A stretch of DNA of 64,000 nucleotides from Bugula neritina (taxonomy: Eukaryota > Animalia > Bryozoa). Under the pieces are notes generated by a model that was given only the letters and a program-made list of their open reading frames with translations, made no database searches and was not told the DNA's origin. Location of the stretch: positions 7,173,929-7,237,928 of the forward strand of contig OZ037769.1 in the NCBI GenBank assembly GCA_964035545.1. The letters are read 5' to 3'. A program made the position numbers and the translations under genes. Position 1 is the stretch's first letter. Each line of letters starts with the position of its first letter. Shown here one piece after another: positions 1 to 22,955 of the stretch.

Positions 1-1037
1 ATATTTATAGCGAGAATTTTGAAAAAGTGAAAAATGTTGATGCTTATTTAAAGCACAGTATTGTATTGTATTAGTAGCTGCAATGCATAATTTGAAATTG
101 ATCATGATAGCTGTTCTTTAGTGGAGTTATCTTGTAGATTTCAACCTAACTTGCAACTTTTGTTTAGCCATAAAGCAGTTTATAAAATCTGAATTATAGA
201 CATTCATATTATTTTACTTGAACTACTCATACTTTTATTTTAAAAAGTTGAAATGTAATCATTTAAATGTTCTAGTACAAAAAATAATTGGGTGCTTTTA
301 GCAAACACAAGTTTTGAAGTTATGCTTGTTATCAGCACAAAAGTAATTGTAACTGTTCTTGCGGAGATTAAAATTGACTGCGAATTGGGTATAAAGAGTA
401 ATTCTTGCCAAAATGATGCTGCTAGTGATTTTTTATCCTTAATTTTTTAACTCTCTCTTTTTTTTGCTATTTTTTTCTCATTCTTGTAAATCTTTCATAA
501 GTGTTAAACAAATAAAAACAAACAAACAAATAAAGATACATGCCTAGAGAGGAATGTTTTACATAGCAGTTATTTGAGCCACAACTCTACAAACCAAATA
601 CATGAAGAAAAATGAAAGCAAAAATTTTAAAATTTCTGTATTTCTATTCATTATTGTTTGCAAGCACATGTTAATTGGTAATTGTTAATTGGTATTACTT
701 TTATGCAGCTCCATTATTGATCTCTTTAGTATCTTTGTCATATATAGTAAACAGCCTATAAATAATATAATTAGTTCTAAGAAGATTCAATTAATAATAA
801 TTTAATTCTCCTAAAATATGAACATAAACATGTGTTTGTAAAATTTGCAACAATTTCAGAGCTGTAGGTTAAATGAATGCCTCATAGTAATGGTAAAAAC
901 ATATTAGAGTGATAATGCTTTTAATAGTTATGACTGTATACACAAAATACTACAGCATATATTACAAAATATATGCATATATATACAGTTATTGTATTTG
1001 AATTGTGACGCAATCAACTTCTTTTAATATTTTGCAG

Positions 1038-4000
1038 GTGTTACTATTCACTGGCACGGCGTTGTGCAGAAAAATACCAATTTTATGGACGGTGTGTCAT
1101 TCATTAACCAATGCCCCATTTCACCTGGCTTAAGCTTCACATATGAGTGAGCACCTGATTCAAACTCCTTTAGAAAATTTTTTGCCAAAGGCTTGCCAGT
1201 TGGCAGGACATGTTCATGATTACCATTCGGTGCTATTGAATATGCTGTAGGAGTTGATAAAGTACCTGTAGTGTTGAGAATCCCCTAGTATAAGCTTCCA
1301 TAGCATAATGAGTAGCACGCAGGTCCTTGTGAGTTGGAAGACTATGGTTGGATTCCGAGTTGGGGCAGTAGGTTTTGCAAGCTATTTCTTATAACTGTCA
1401 AAACTTTATTGTGTAAATAATTTTTCTAGGTTTACGGTAAACACTCCGAGTACTGACTTCTATCATGCACATATTGGAGCTCAAAGAACACAGGGATTAT
1501 TTGGCCCCCTTATAGTTAACAAGAAATCAGACAAGAATCTGGAAAAATACCGCGAGTACGTAATGGTATTGAATGATTGGAACCATGATTTTGATTCAAA
1601 CACAGGTAAACGGATTAATATAATATTGTTTTAACAATTTTTAGCGGCATAAAATTATAATGTTGTAAGATGCTTGTAATAGAATTTTTGTATTGTAAGA
1701 TGTAAAGCATGTTAACCTATATATGTATTCTAGCTGTCTAAACTGTGTTCTTGTTTTAGCTCATTTGAAATCAAAAGGATTCTTTGAACCTGATGGTGCA
1801 ACATTTTCACCTTTGAAGTCCTATGACAGTTCTAAATACTCTAACTTTAAGTGGCATGTAAGTTATATATTACTGATACCATGATGTATTTACAAAAGTA
1901 AGTATGTAAGTAACTTCTAACTCCTGTAGGTGATATGTAATTTATTATGTTACATAAAGTAAAATACCTACAGAGTTGTGTTATAATATTTTAATTGCAG
2001 TTATAATAAATACTCTCTTGAAAATAAGGCGGAGTCATACAGAATCTTACAAGCACCGTGTATGTTTTACAAATACTGACACTAATATGATGTATGAATA
2101 TGATACTCTTACTTATACTTTATAGTCAGGGCTCATTAATGGCAAGGGAAGATATCACGATCCATCAACTGGAAATCATAATGAGGCTCCATTATCACGG
2201 TTTTCAGTGAAAAAAGGAGAGACAATAAGATTTAGAGTGATATCGGCTGGTACCATGTTCCCATTAAGGTGCTTTTATGTGTAATTTCATGCTTTTCTAT
2301 CTAGTTAGTGAAACTACATATGTTAGCCAACTAAAAAGCTTTAACATATTTCCACGGTAACAGAGGTTGTTTACATGTTGATACGTGATACCTAATTTCT
2401 ACTCATACTACGAAAACCTTTAGTTTGAAGCACAGAAACTAATAACTATATAATTGCATTATTGTATTGGAAAATTATTTCAAATTTAAAAACCTTTTGC
2501 ATTATTTTTAATTCATTTTAAACACAATAAACAAGCGTCATACATAGCACCTCTTTATGCATATATACTATAACATATGTACATCTAGTATGACAAGCCA
2601 TATGGTGCATGTATATTTGCATGAGTTTTTATGCAGTACTTTTCTCGCCTTTCTCACCTAGATGACTGCAGCCATTTTATAAGCTCCAAACTCAAGGCAG
2701 TTGACATGACATTGTTTAGCATTTTATGTCAAATTCTGTAGTATCTTTCGGAGTCTTCCTCTTCTTTGTTTGCCAGTAATCTTTAGGTTGAAATTATACT
2801 ACCATCCTCTTCTCTTCTGCAAACATGCCTTTCTTCATGTGTGTAGATATTTCTTCCACCACAGCCTGCAGACAAAGAATATCTATAGCTGCTATCTCTC
2901 TACTTCTACCAGTTAGTGTCTCTACATTCAGTAGCGTTATTTGTATTTGCTGAGTTTGCTGCTCTCTTATTTGTTGCAGCTCAGGACAATCATTGTTCTG
3001 CATTGATTAATTGTCTAGGTAGAGCTTACATGATTCTATTGTGGTAAGGTTTTTATGACCAGGTGTATTTTCTGTTGCCAATCTGCTGTGTTTAACCAAG
3101 CTTTAGACCAGCTGTCTGTTTGTTGGCTAGCACCCCAACAGGCCAAATTAATTTTTATGCAGTACTATATTTGTAATATTTATCAGCAAAGGCAATGGTT
3201 TGGTTTTAGAGTCAGCGTAGACCGCCATCTTTTAACGATGATTTCATCTGACGGATATGGATTTGAAGACGTTTCAGTTGAATCTTTCATTCTAAGCCCC
3301 GGAGAAAGATTTGACTTTCTACTTACTGCTGATGAGACGGTGGGCAGATATTGGATCTTTGCTGAGACCACGGAAGTTAAAAATGTAGCATCACAGACTA
3401 GGCCCACTCCAAGACATAGAGCTGAAGCTATCTTAGAGTATGAGGGAGCTGGACCTATGTCAGCTACCACATATGATGTGAGCAAAATATTTTAATATAA
3501 GCAAAATGAATCCTAAGTCATTTGTTTCAAAGTCAGCTAATTCTGTTAGTCATGGTTTATATTATAATATATTGAATATTGTAGGAAAATATGAAGGACC
3601 CATTAGATAACAACCCCCATTGTATCTCTAGCAGATGTTACGTTCTCAACTGTCCTTTTGACGTCAGTTTTGTTGATAACTCTAACTTGGAGTGTCTCCA
3701 CCTCACAGACCTCACATCTACAGAAAGCCAAACTGTGGAGAAGGAAAACGGTATGATTTTTAGCATGAGTTTCGGCTTTTAAAAACTCTTATAAAAGGCA
3801 GTTTGGTGCATGCTAACAGAAACTTTGCTGCAAAAATGAATTTTGAACCCTTAATAAACCTCAGGAGAATAAAGTAAACACTTATACTTCCAGAATAAAC
3901 CAATAAGTATAAAAATCTCCACTCTGATACAATGCTTGGTGCTTAGGTTTACCAAGTCATTATATAGGTACAAAGGTGTTCTTATTGAAACTAATTGAAT

Positions 4001-7000
4001 AGCTGAAAAATGACATTGACATAATTTATCTCAATATTACACCTTTATGTAACAATAAATTATAAACAAATAGTGATTGTTAACTTAAAAAGCACTAGTT
4101 TTGTTGAAGAAAACTATAAAGGACCTATAATGCTTTATTTGTCATACTTTATACAGATTTCATAGAGAAGTTTTACAACTTTGCCTTCTTTGGAGCCGGA
4201 TCAATTAATGGCCGCCATTGGGAGTACCCACCATTTTCTGCTGCCTCTCAAAAAGAGGAGCTTCAAGATGTTGATACTACTTGCAAGGAGTGTACAAAGG
4301 ACAAGGTGAGAATATCAGCAACTCTACATCTGTATAGAGTTGACAAAGGTGACAATACTTTGATTGAGAAGTGATTAGAAATTATATTTGAAAACACATA
4401 CCATCCTTTGACTTAATTTGCTAAGGAATTTGTTAAAATTTGTTGAAAAGTTCCGTAAAAGTTAAAGCACTATTTTTGAGAATTCGAAAGTTAAAAATAT
4501 ATTTGCTATCGATTTCATACCAAGTATATATTTTTGAATATTCTAAAAGTGCTAGATAGTATGCAGTCTATTAGCTGCAACATAATGATTAATACATGGG
4601 CATCTTTGTAATGAAATAGTAGGCCTAATGCTTTTTATGCTCCAGGATTTATGATTTGCTTTACACAGACATTAGTTAATTGTAATGTGCATACCATAAA
4701 ACTATTTGATGAGTAGTGAAATATCATAGACTGTTAAAGCTATGCTCATTCAACTTCAACTGGCTAAAAACATGGCTGCCTTTTTTCAGAGTATGCCTGA
4801 TAGCAGAAACTATTTTAGGTCGAAATGGCACCGGTAAAAGGGGCACAGGTAAAAATGGCACTGTAGCCATGACACAGGTAATAATGGCACAGGTAACAAG
4901 GACACAAATGGAAAAGTAGGAAAAGATGGCACACTGTCGTTAAATTTCCCAAACCCACAACCCTTAAACCCCAAACTCAAACCCCTAATTCCAAACACCC
5001 AACCCCAAACTCTAATATTGAAAATGTGCCATTTTACATACTTTGCCATTTGTGTCATTATTACCTGTGCCATTTTTACCTGTGCCATTTTTACTGGACA
5101 CTATTAGTAACAGTAGTAAGATGTGAAACATTTTAAGATTTTGACGATATGCTGCAGCCTGTTCATTATATATATTACTGAGTAATAAAAGCTTTACTGA
5201 AAAATAATTGCAACTATATTGCGATTCAAACCGAGTCCTCCAGATTGTAAGCAGGCGCTAGCCATCACAGCACAGAACCACTGGGTAATCTCAATACTGT
5301 GTCTACAGCTTCTTTAATTTTGACTATAATTGTCAAACAAGACACTCATAATGAAGACTATAATCTGTAGGCCTGTTCCTGCACACACACCGAAACTCTA
5401 GAGTCTGACAAGTATTATCAGTTTGTGTTAATCAACGATGGCAATGGCTCGGGCTATGCACATCCTGTTCATCTTCATGGACACAACTTCCAAGTGGTCA
5501 AACAAGGTAAGCATCAATATTATTTTACAGTTTTTTCACCATGAGAACCACACATGTAAAAAGCAATTATATTTTAATTTTTTATAATTTTTTTATAATA
5601 ATCTAGCAAGTCTATATTATGCGAAAATATCAACAAAGTAAATCAGTGGGAAATATTTTGCTAGTTGTTTAAAGCAATGCTATATATGTGTATGAATTGT
5701 GATATATTCAGATTTATCCGCACTTGGGTGCTTTTGGGAAAAACAGTCACTTTTTCAAAGAATATATGTACATGAAATGATGTAATGGTGGAGCATGTTG
5801 AAACGTGCTTGTATGCATGTATTATGGACTGATTTCGAAGAATACTAGTTTAGCTGGCAAAATATTGCTGCATGCGCATAACATATCAAATTTAACAACA
5901 AATGCTGATAAAACAACCTTATTTATCTTGAAAACATGCAAGTGTAGAAAAACATTTAGATATACTAAAATATCTTAGCTACACAAGGACAACATGAAAG
6001 TAGAGTTTATAATATATTTGCTTTGCCCATTGTATAGGAGTTAAAGACTACATCATTAGAAAAACATCTCTTTACTTTTAATTTTGTTGAATTTCTTTGC
6101 TGTAATACAGACAGACAGACTTATTATTAAAATGCCTTTAAAGTTTGAAACTTTGACTATACATCTTGAAAAGAGAAGAAATAAATTAGATTGCATACTT
6201 CAGATACTAAAAATCTGAATTACTGCTAATTGAAATATTTGACATTAAAAAAATAAATATAACTTTTTTTATAAGCAAAGCCAAATATTGACATAACACT
6301 TCAGTTGCTGACTGATTAAATACCTGTTGATTGTTATAATGGTATGTTGATGGTGTGTGACAAGATGGTGCTGACTTGTAATGTATTACATTATTTGGTG
6401 CAACTACTAAGAATATAAAAGGATAATAACACTTTGGAATCTAGCAACCAACTTTAGCAATAACTACACAAGCATTATAAATAGATGCTGACTATTACAA
6501 TAATAAGGAACTGCACGAGTCACATGGATCTAGTAATTATAACTATTAGGTATAGCAAGACATGAGCTCTAGTTGACATTATAACAATGATCATTAGAGA
6601 TCAAAATTGACCTCTTTAAAAATTGATGTCTTGGAATAATCAGTAAATCTGTGAAGCCCATAGTTCTTGTTCAGTATCCTTGCTGCTTGCCTAGCTTTAT
6701 TAATGCACTGCACTTCATGCTTACCAGGTTTCTCGGATGACATCTTCAAATCACCAGACATAAAATGCTTGGGTGGTGGTGGTACTATCTGCAATGAAGC
6801 TGAATGGAAAGACCCCAACATGTCTGGTAGAAAGTTGAATAATCAAACTTCTGACAAACCCGTACTAAAAGACACGGTGATGGTACCATCTGGGGGCTAC
6901 ACGGTCATCAGGTTCAAAGCCAATAACCCAGGTTTGGCATATCTTAATTCTAACATTGATATTACATATTTACAGCAGGTATATAAATTATTTGGCTTTG

Positions 7001-7652
7001 TCTTGCTCGCCTCTAAAATTATACAGTTTATTCGTGACTTTCAAATTTTTGGAAGTTAGCAGTTGAAAACTAGTATCAACAGATTGTTATGTCATTTTGA
7101 GATTAATTAACTGGTTCTGGAAATATATTCATACACTAAGACTTAAGTAACACTGGCTAATAATTCTTCAAAAGAGTTTTAAAGTTTTTGCTACATTTCA
7201 ATTTAGTATACCACGGTGGTTCTATTCTTCTATGAATCAAATTTGTTTTTAAAGCAGCCTGGGTTTACAAAATCTGGGTATTGTTGTTGTTGATCACTCT
7301 TAGGGTACTGGTTTATGCACTGCCATATTGAGCTACACAATCTAGCTGGCATGGCAATGATGTTTAATGAAGCTGATAGAAAGCAGTTGCAAGTTCCTGC
7401 ATCTTTTCCGGTTTGCCGAAACTTTCCTAGTGAATATGGTGGGTATTTATAGAGCCTCTTATATACATACATGCAGCAATATTCTGGTGTGAAATACCCT
7501 GTTATAGGTGCAAGTGCAAGGCTCAAAACAGAGTGTCATACATTGTAGGCAAGAAAGCTCAACCCCTTAATCACGCCAGCTCAAATCTACTTTGCAGTGA
7601 GTATAGAATGATGTGGGTGTTGACAGCATGCATTCTGTACCTGCTACACTAA
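1038..7652 (+). CDS. Multicopper oxidase (laccase/ascorbate-oxidase-like), spliced, N-terminal exons outside the window
   Basis: GT-AG exons join in frame: 1038-1146, 1430-1605, 1760-1857, 2126-2268, 3210-3477, 3585-3750, 4157-4305, 5371-5506, 6728-6931, 7304-7438, 7549-7652. All four copper-binding motifs are present: [34 protein letters not shown]. Also seen: [53 protein letters not shown] at about 7815. Confidence 0.93.
1293..1370 (+). mobile_element. Degenerate tRNA-derived SINE head in a laccase intron
   Basis: A-box-like TAGCATAATGAG and B-box-like GGTTGGATTCC at tRNA-like spacing; no complete cloverleaf. Confidence 0.35.
4818..5101. mobile_element. Non-autonomous foldback element: inverted arms of GGCACAGGTAAAAAT subrepeats around a telomere-like AAACCC core
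   Basis: 4818-4935 is the imperfect reverse complement of 5022-5101; the core 4945-5015 consists of AAACCC/ACCCCTAA-like units. Confidence 0.75.
5195..5286 (-). mobile_element. Degenerate tRNA-derived SINE head
   Basis: Minus strand reads CCCAGTGGTTCTGTGCTGTGATGGCTAGCGCCTGCTTACAATCTGGAGGACTCGGTTTGAATCGC, with a B-box-like GGTTTGAATC. Confidence 0.4.
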
Positions 7653-8017
7653 GACCAGATTATTGGCTGTTTCCACAACATTTTCCTTCATTGCTGATTT
7701 TACCTGCGCCTTTTGTAGCTTTGCTCTGGTTTTTATTGAGTAGTTGTAGTTATTGGAAACAGACTAAGTTTTTAGCGGTAGGAAAAATAATATAATTGAG
7801 TAATTATGATTTTGAATAAAATGTGTCAATTTTTTTATAAATTAATTCTATTATTTTAGCTCAGTACAAATAATCAAATGAACAAATAAATGATCCCGAA
7901 AGTATACTACAGGTAACACTACTCACCACAGACCAAAGGTTTTGCTATCGTGATAATGTTTTTGCTTGGTAATTCCATGTAAACTCACTTTCTTCACTGA
8001 ATTTCTGACACATGCTA

Positions 8018-8418
8018 GTTTTCATTTGCATACTGTTTTAAGGTTGGATGCCTAAACAATTTTGTTTTATAATGAATTTTGTGCGAGTATGTACTGAAAT
8101 GATATGGGATTTCTGATCGCTTGGAAATGAAGTTTTCAGTCGGCCTTGACTTTACGACTACTATAAAACTTATACCAATTATAGCTATCTTTCATTGCAT
8201 GCTATTGTTAGCTGCTGCACTGCACAGCCTAATCACTGATATGGCTTGAAAGTTAAAAGTTTAAGTTTTATAGTAGCAGTAAAGTCAAAGCCGACTGAAA
8301 ACTTCATTTCCAAGCGATCAGAAATCCCAAATCATTTCAGTACATATACTCACACAAAATTCATTATAAAACAAAACTGTTTAGGCATCCAACCTTAAAA
8401 CAGTATGCAAATGAAAAC
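8018..8418. mobile_element. MITE with about 155-bp terminal inverted repeats, TA-flanked
   Basis: GTTTTCATTTGCATACTGTTTTAAGGTTGGATGCC... at 8018 is mirrored by ...GGCATCCAACCTTAAAACAGTATGCAAATGAAAAC ending at 8418; TA on both sides. Confidence 0.9.
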
Positions 8419-8726
8419 TAAGATATATAAGAATATTTTAGTACTGCATAAGTAAAGTGTGTCAGGGATTCTTTCAGGTAATTGATGAGCAGTTGGCAGT
8501 TTATAAACAAGAGATGGCTTTTAAGGTAGTTTTATTAAGTGAGCAGAACAAACTACAGCATAATAAAGAGTACCATTACTAACTTTATAGACGATGAATG
8601 ATATGAAACAGAATATATGATTAATATTGTAATTATAATATAATCTCTTGGAATATACATGTACAGATATTTACTATACTGTTCTACTATGCACCCAGTG
8701 ATTTGTAAGAAAGTGGAAAAAGCTGA

Positions 8727-19241
<10,515 letters not shown>

Positions 19242-19721
19242 AGCAACAAGTACAATTATCAATTTATAACTTGTTTTCAGAGCAACTGAAAAGCTGCAAA
19301 AAATGACCAACAGAAAAACATCCTCCGTTTTCTACTTATTTTAAATTTGAATTTCGTACAAATTCAGAGGCATAGCGTGGTGACGCAAAGATATCACGAT
19401 GCTATTAGCATGACTTGGGGTTGATTTTGTTATAATAACTTTTTTTTCTAAAACTTTGAAAAATATGTCAAGATTAAGTTTGAAGCTTTTCATTTTAATG
19501 TTATCAGTAACTATCATGATATTAATTAAATTATTATGTGTTAGAAATTGGCCATTATTTAAAGTTTACTTTTCTGTAAATGTTATAGCATTTCATTTTA
19601 AAACTACACTATGCTATGGCAATAAAATATGTATTAAAGTTTTAGAAGTTAAAGCTTTGTTTTCAATTATTTAGCTGGTCACAAAAAATTATGCCCGCAC
19701 CGTCTACAAAATATCATTTCG

Positions 19722-19908
19722 AAGCAGTAGTGGAGAAATTGGATAGCCCAAGTTCTTTAAAAAATTTTTCAAATTTTCATTTGGGGCGCAGCTTGAAATT
19801 CTTGTGTGAACATAGCAGGTTGAAATTCTTGCAGGAACATAACTTCTTATGTTACATGTCTAATCTAGAACACAGGTTTTTCTCAATTTCCCCATTACTG
19901 CACCTACC
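19722..19908. mobile_element. Short MITE family, copy 1 (GCAGTAGTGGAGAAATTG...CAATTTCCCCATTACTGCACCTACC)
   Basis: Inverted termini; homologous to 22263-22400 and 39441-39598 (shared GGTTGAAATTCTTGC core). Confidence 0.75.
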
Positions 19909-20589
19909 TCGCCAGTGGATGGACGCGTGTAGCTGAAGTGTTCACATCCTATTGGTTGGTGAGTGAGAGAGGGAAAGATGAAGAGTTACAGCTTTATCAC
20001 ATGAACGAAATATAATTACTTACTAGTACTCTGAAAATTTATTCTCAGCCATTCTGAATAGTCTTTAAAATGTTATGGTGTAACATATTACTTGTTGAAT
20101 TAGCAGTTATATTAAAAAGGCCAGGTGTAAAGCTTGGAAAACATTTAAAACAGTGTAAATTGGTGAAGTTGATTTAGGTTTGTTTCATGAGAGATCACTT
20201 TTCAGTATAAAAATATTCTATTACCAGCACAAAAAGATTGGATTTAGAAAAATCAACTAGAGTAAATTTACACACATACACTGGAGTTGTACAAAGCAAT
20301 TCAACTCAGACTAACTGAAAGAAACTGGGACTATGTCATTTGAGCAGCAAATACTCTAGACTTACTACTAGTAGATGGTGAGAAAGATAAATGGTAAAAA
20401 TACATGAAATTAATTTAAATAAAAGATATCTAATAAATTAATGCAAATAGTACATCACTAATAAGTAGAGAAAATGGTAGTTTTTAACTAGACAGCTGAA
20501 TTAGTAACTAAAGCATTAAACACGCTTTATTATAAAACTGTTATTAATGTGTTTACGGAGCAAATTGGACAAAAAGAACTATACCTACT

Positions 20590-21830
20590 TTATATGTCAA
20601 TACTGATAGCACACATCTTGACCTGGAGAAATTCATCCATGCCATAATTTACCACCTTCTCTACCAATACCAGACTGTTTATAATCACCAAATGGAGTTT
20701 CAGTACTGCTAACTGCTGTATCATTACAGCCAATAAGTCCAGCTTGTAAGGCCTCCATCACTCGGTAACACTGGGACAGATCACTGCTGTAGAAGTAACC
20801 TGCAGATATACAGAAAACATGATACAAGTAGCGGAAAATGTGGGTGTGACTAAAATAGGAAACAACCTGATAACAAAAACAGGAAACAGTGGCACGTCGC
20901 ACGGTCAGCCTCGTCATATTTAAAGATGGCTGACATTTGCTGTTACGGTCTACGTTACGGCAGAGTGTGTCTAGAGGGTATAACAGACAGGCTGCTGGAG
21001 TAGATTTCCTTAGAGATCAATGAAAGATAATGGAACAACACACTGGCAATGGTCGTTTCATTAAAATAAATCCAGAGTTCAAAGTTGGACACCCACCGGC
21101 ACTATGATTCCAGCCACTCCAATTAGCTCTTTCCTTACAATGGATCTTCATTTGTTATGGGAAACTCAATCGTCTCCCCATACACTTTCCTAGCCTCAAC
21201 TGAAAACCATTCTAAAATGAGTCTATACTCTAGAGCTCTGGAGGCGTGCTCTATATATATGCTGTGATATGTTTAGAGTAGATACTAGATATATAATCTA
21301 CTTACTTTATTACAGAACTTACATTCTCTTCTGTTAACATCTCTCCAAGTTCTGGAATGTTCTCCATAATCATATTGTACAACTTGTACAAGAGAGCACC
21401 TCTTTCCTGTAGGAAAAATAGTTTCACTTTGACACTAGAGTGCTTTTACTCTGACATGAGTTATAGCGTTAGAAATATTACAACTAAACAAACTCTACCC
21501 ACTTTATAATATAAAATAAAGCCGTATCTTAGCTGTTTTCTTGCTCCACGAACCAAATGCCTCATAGGCAGCATCTACTGCTGCCTTTGTATCTTCTGCA
21601 TCTAGATCATAGACCTCTCCAATGAGACTGCCATTCTTAGGATTGAACACACCAAACCATACTTCTGTGTAAGCAACATTGACTGACAAACAAGCTGTAT
21701 AGTTTCCTGGTACAGTTTGAGTTAAAGTAGTGACTATTCCAACCTTGAAAAGCTTCTCTGCTCTCCATTGATGTATGACCATGACCTTCTCAGACTCACC
21801 GACATGTTTGTTGAAGTGTGCAGATCTTTA
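20590..21830 (-). pseudogene. ALDH5A1: Succinate-semialdehyde dehydrogenase (ALDH5A1/SSADH-like) unprocessed pseudogene
   Basis: Fragments YINGE, FGVFNPKNGSLIGEVYDLDAEDTKAAVDAAYEAFGSWSKKTAK, ERGALLYKLYNMIMENIPELGEMLTEEN, LEWFSVEARKVYGETI, RKELIGVAGIIVP, then GYFYSSDLSQCYRVMEALQAGLIGCND...ETPFGDYKQSGIGREGGK/YGMDEFLQVK. Lesions: donor GT changed to AT at about 21527, frameshifts at about 21150 and 20648, an insertion after YINGE, and no central exons. Confidence 0.88.
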
Positions 21831-22262
21831 CTCTGTAGGAATGTCCAAGTATCTATCTTCTTACATAGACTAGTGCCGGTATGTGCGCAGAAAGATGCAA
21901 TGGCAATTCTTTTATGATCTTCGATAGTTAAATATTCTTGAAATATCAGCATAAGATATAGTGGCTAGAAATATACAAGTTTGAGCAAAGCCACTACACC
22001 TAGTGAATGCTTAATAAAGTCCACAGTCTAAAGTATAAGTCCCATGCCTCTTTAGCTGAGTACCAACTTGTTTAGTAAACTGACTGTGGTTGATGACTTG
22101 CAGCTGGCACGTAATTTCAAGCTGACCATGTGACCTTCTTTTCAGCAAACCAGGAACGCAAGTACAACACCTTGGGAATGTTTATCTGCATGTGGTCAGT
22201 CTGCTGGATGAGCACTATAGTACATCCTAGTTAGGATGTACTATAGGGCTGCATTCGGCCCT

Positions 22263-22400
22263 GGGGTACTTAGGAGCAGTAGTGGAAAAATCAGGTAACA
22301 TGAGCTCTTTAATTTTTATTATCGAATCTTAGTTTGGGGCACAGGTTGAAATTCTTGCGAGAACAGTTTTTTCTCACTTTTTCCATTACTGCACCTACCC
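22263..22400. mobile_element. Short MITE family, copy 2 (GGGGTA...TACCCC termini)
   Basis: GGGGTACTTAGGAGCAGTAGTGGAAAAA versus TTTTTCCATTACTGCACCTACCCC. Confidence 0.75.
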
Positions 22401-22955
22401 CTCACTTTAGCAAAGATTTTAGTCTATTGGAAACATGACTTTGTTGAGAATTAAAAAGTTTGAGTGTATAGTCAGAATTACTGCTTCTCACTCCACATGT
22501 GGTAAACTGTTTTTCATTTAAATCTCACTGATAAATGAAATGTTATGCAACCATAGTATGCATAGAAACTGATATTTGAGCCTTACCTAATAATAATGTT
22601 GTCAACTTATGTTAAATTTAATCTTGGGAGATGTATGTATAGTGTGCTGCATCTATACAGTACAGTAGATACTGCATGCAGGGAAGTTGTTATCTCAAAA
22701 CGAGGGTACAAGAGGATCAGTTAGATGATATGCATTAGCAACTGTGAACAGTCATCACTTTCAAGGGACAGTATTTGTCAACTTTGTGAGACATGAGGAA
22801 CTTGATTGAGAAATAGTGCAACAGCTTTTCTTCATAACATGAATTCTTGAAATAGAGCTGCAGCTGACCTTTTTACTTATTTGTAATTAAAACCAACTGA
22901 AAGTAGCAGCAGATATCTCAGTTACTCACTGCAAGTTTTATACCTACTGTGTTGT

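Noticed and set aside
2794-3003. 69-aa antisense ORF in a laccase intron
   Set aside because: No recognisable motif or splice context; possibly a decayed repeat fragment.
4945-5015. Interstitial telomere or chromosome fusion site
   Set aside because: Short, degenerate and enclosed within an inverted-repeat element.
20590-21830. Horizontally acquired bacterial gabD fragment
   Set aside because: The remnant has spliceosomal introns, which fits a eukaryotic gene copy.
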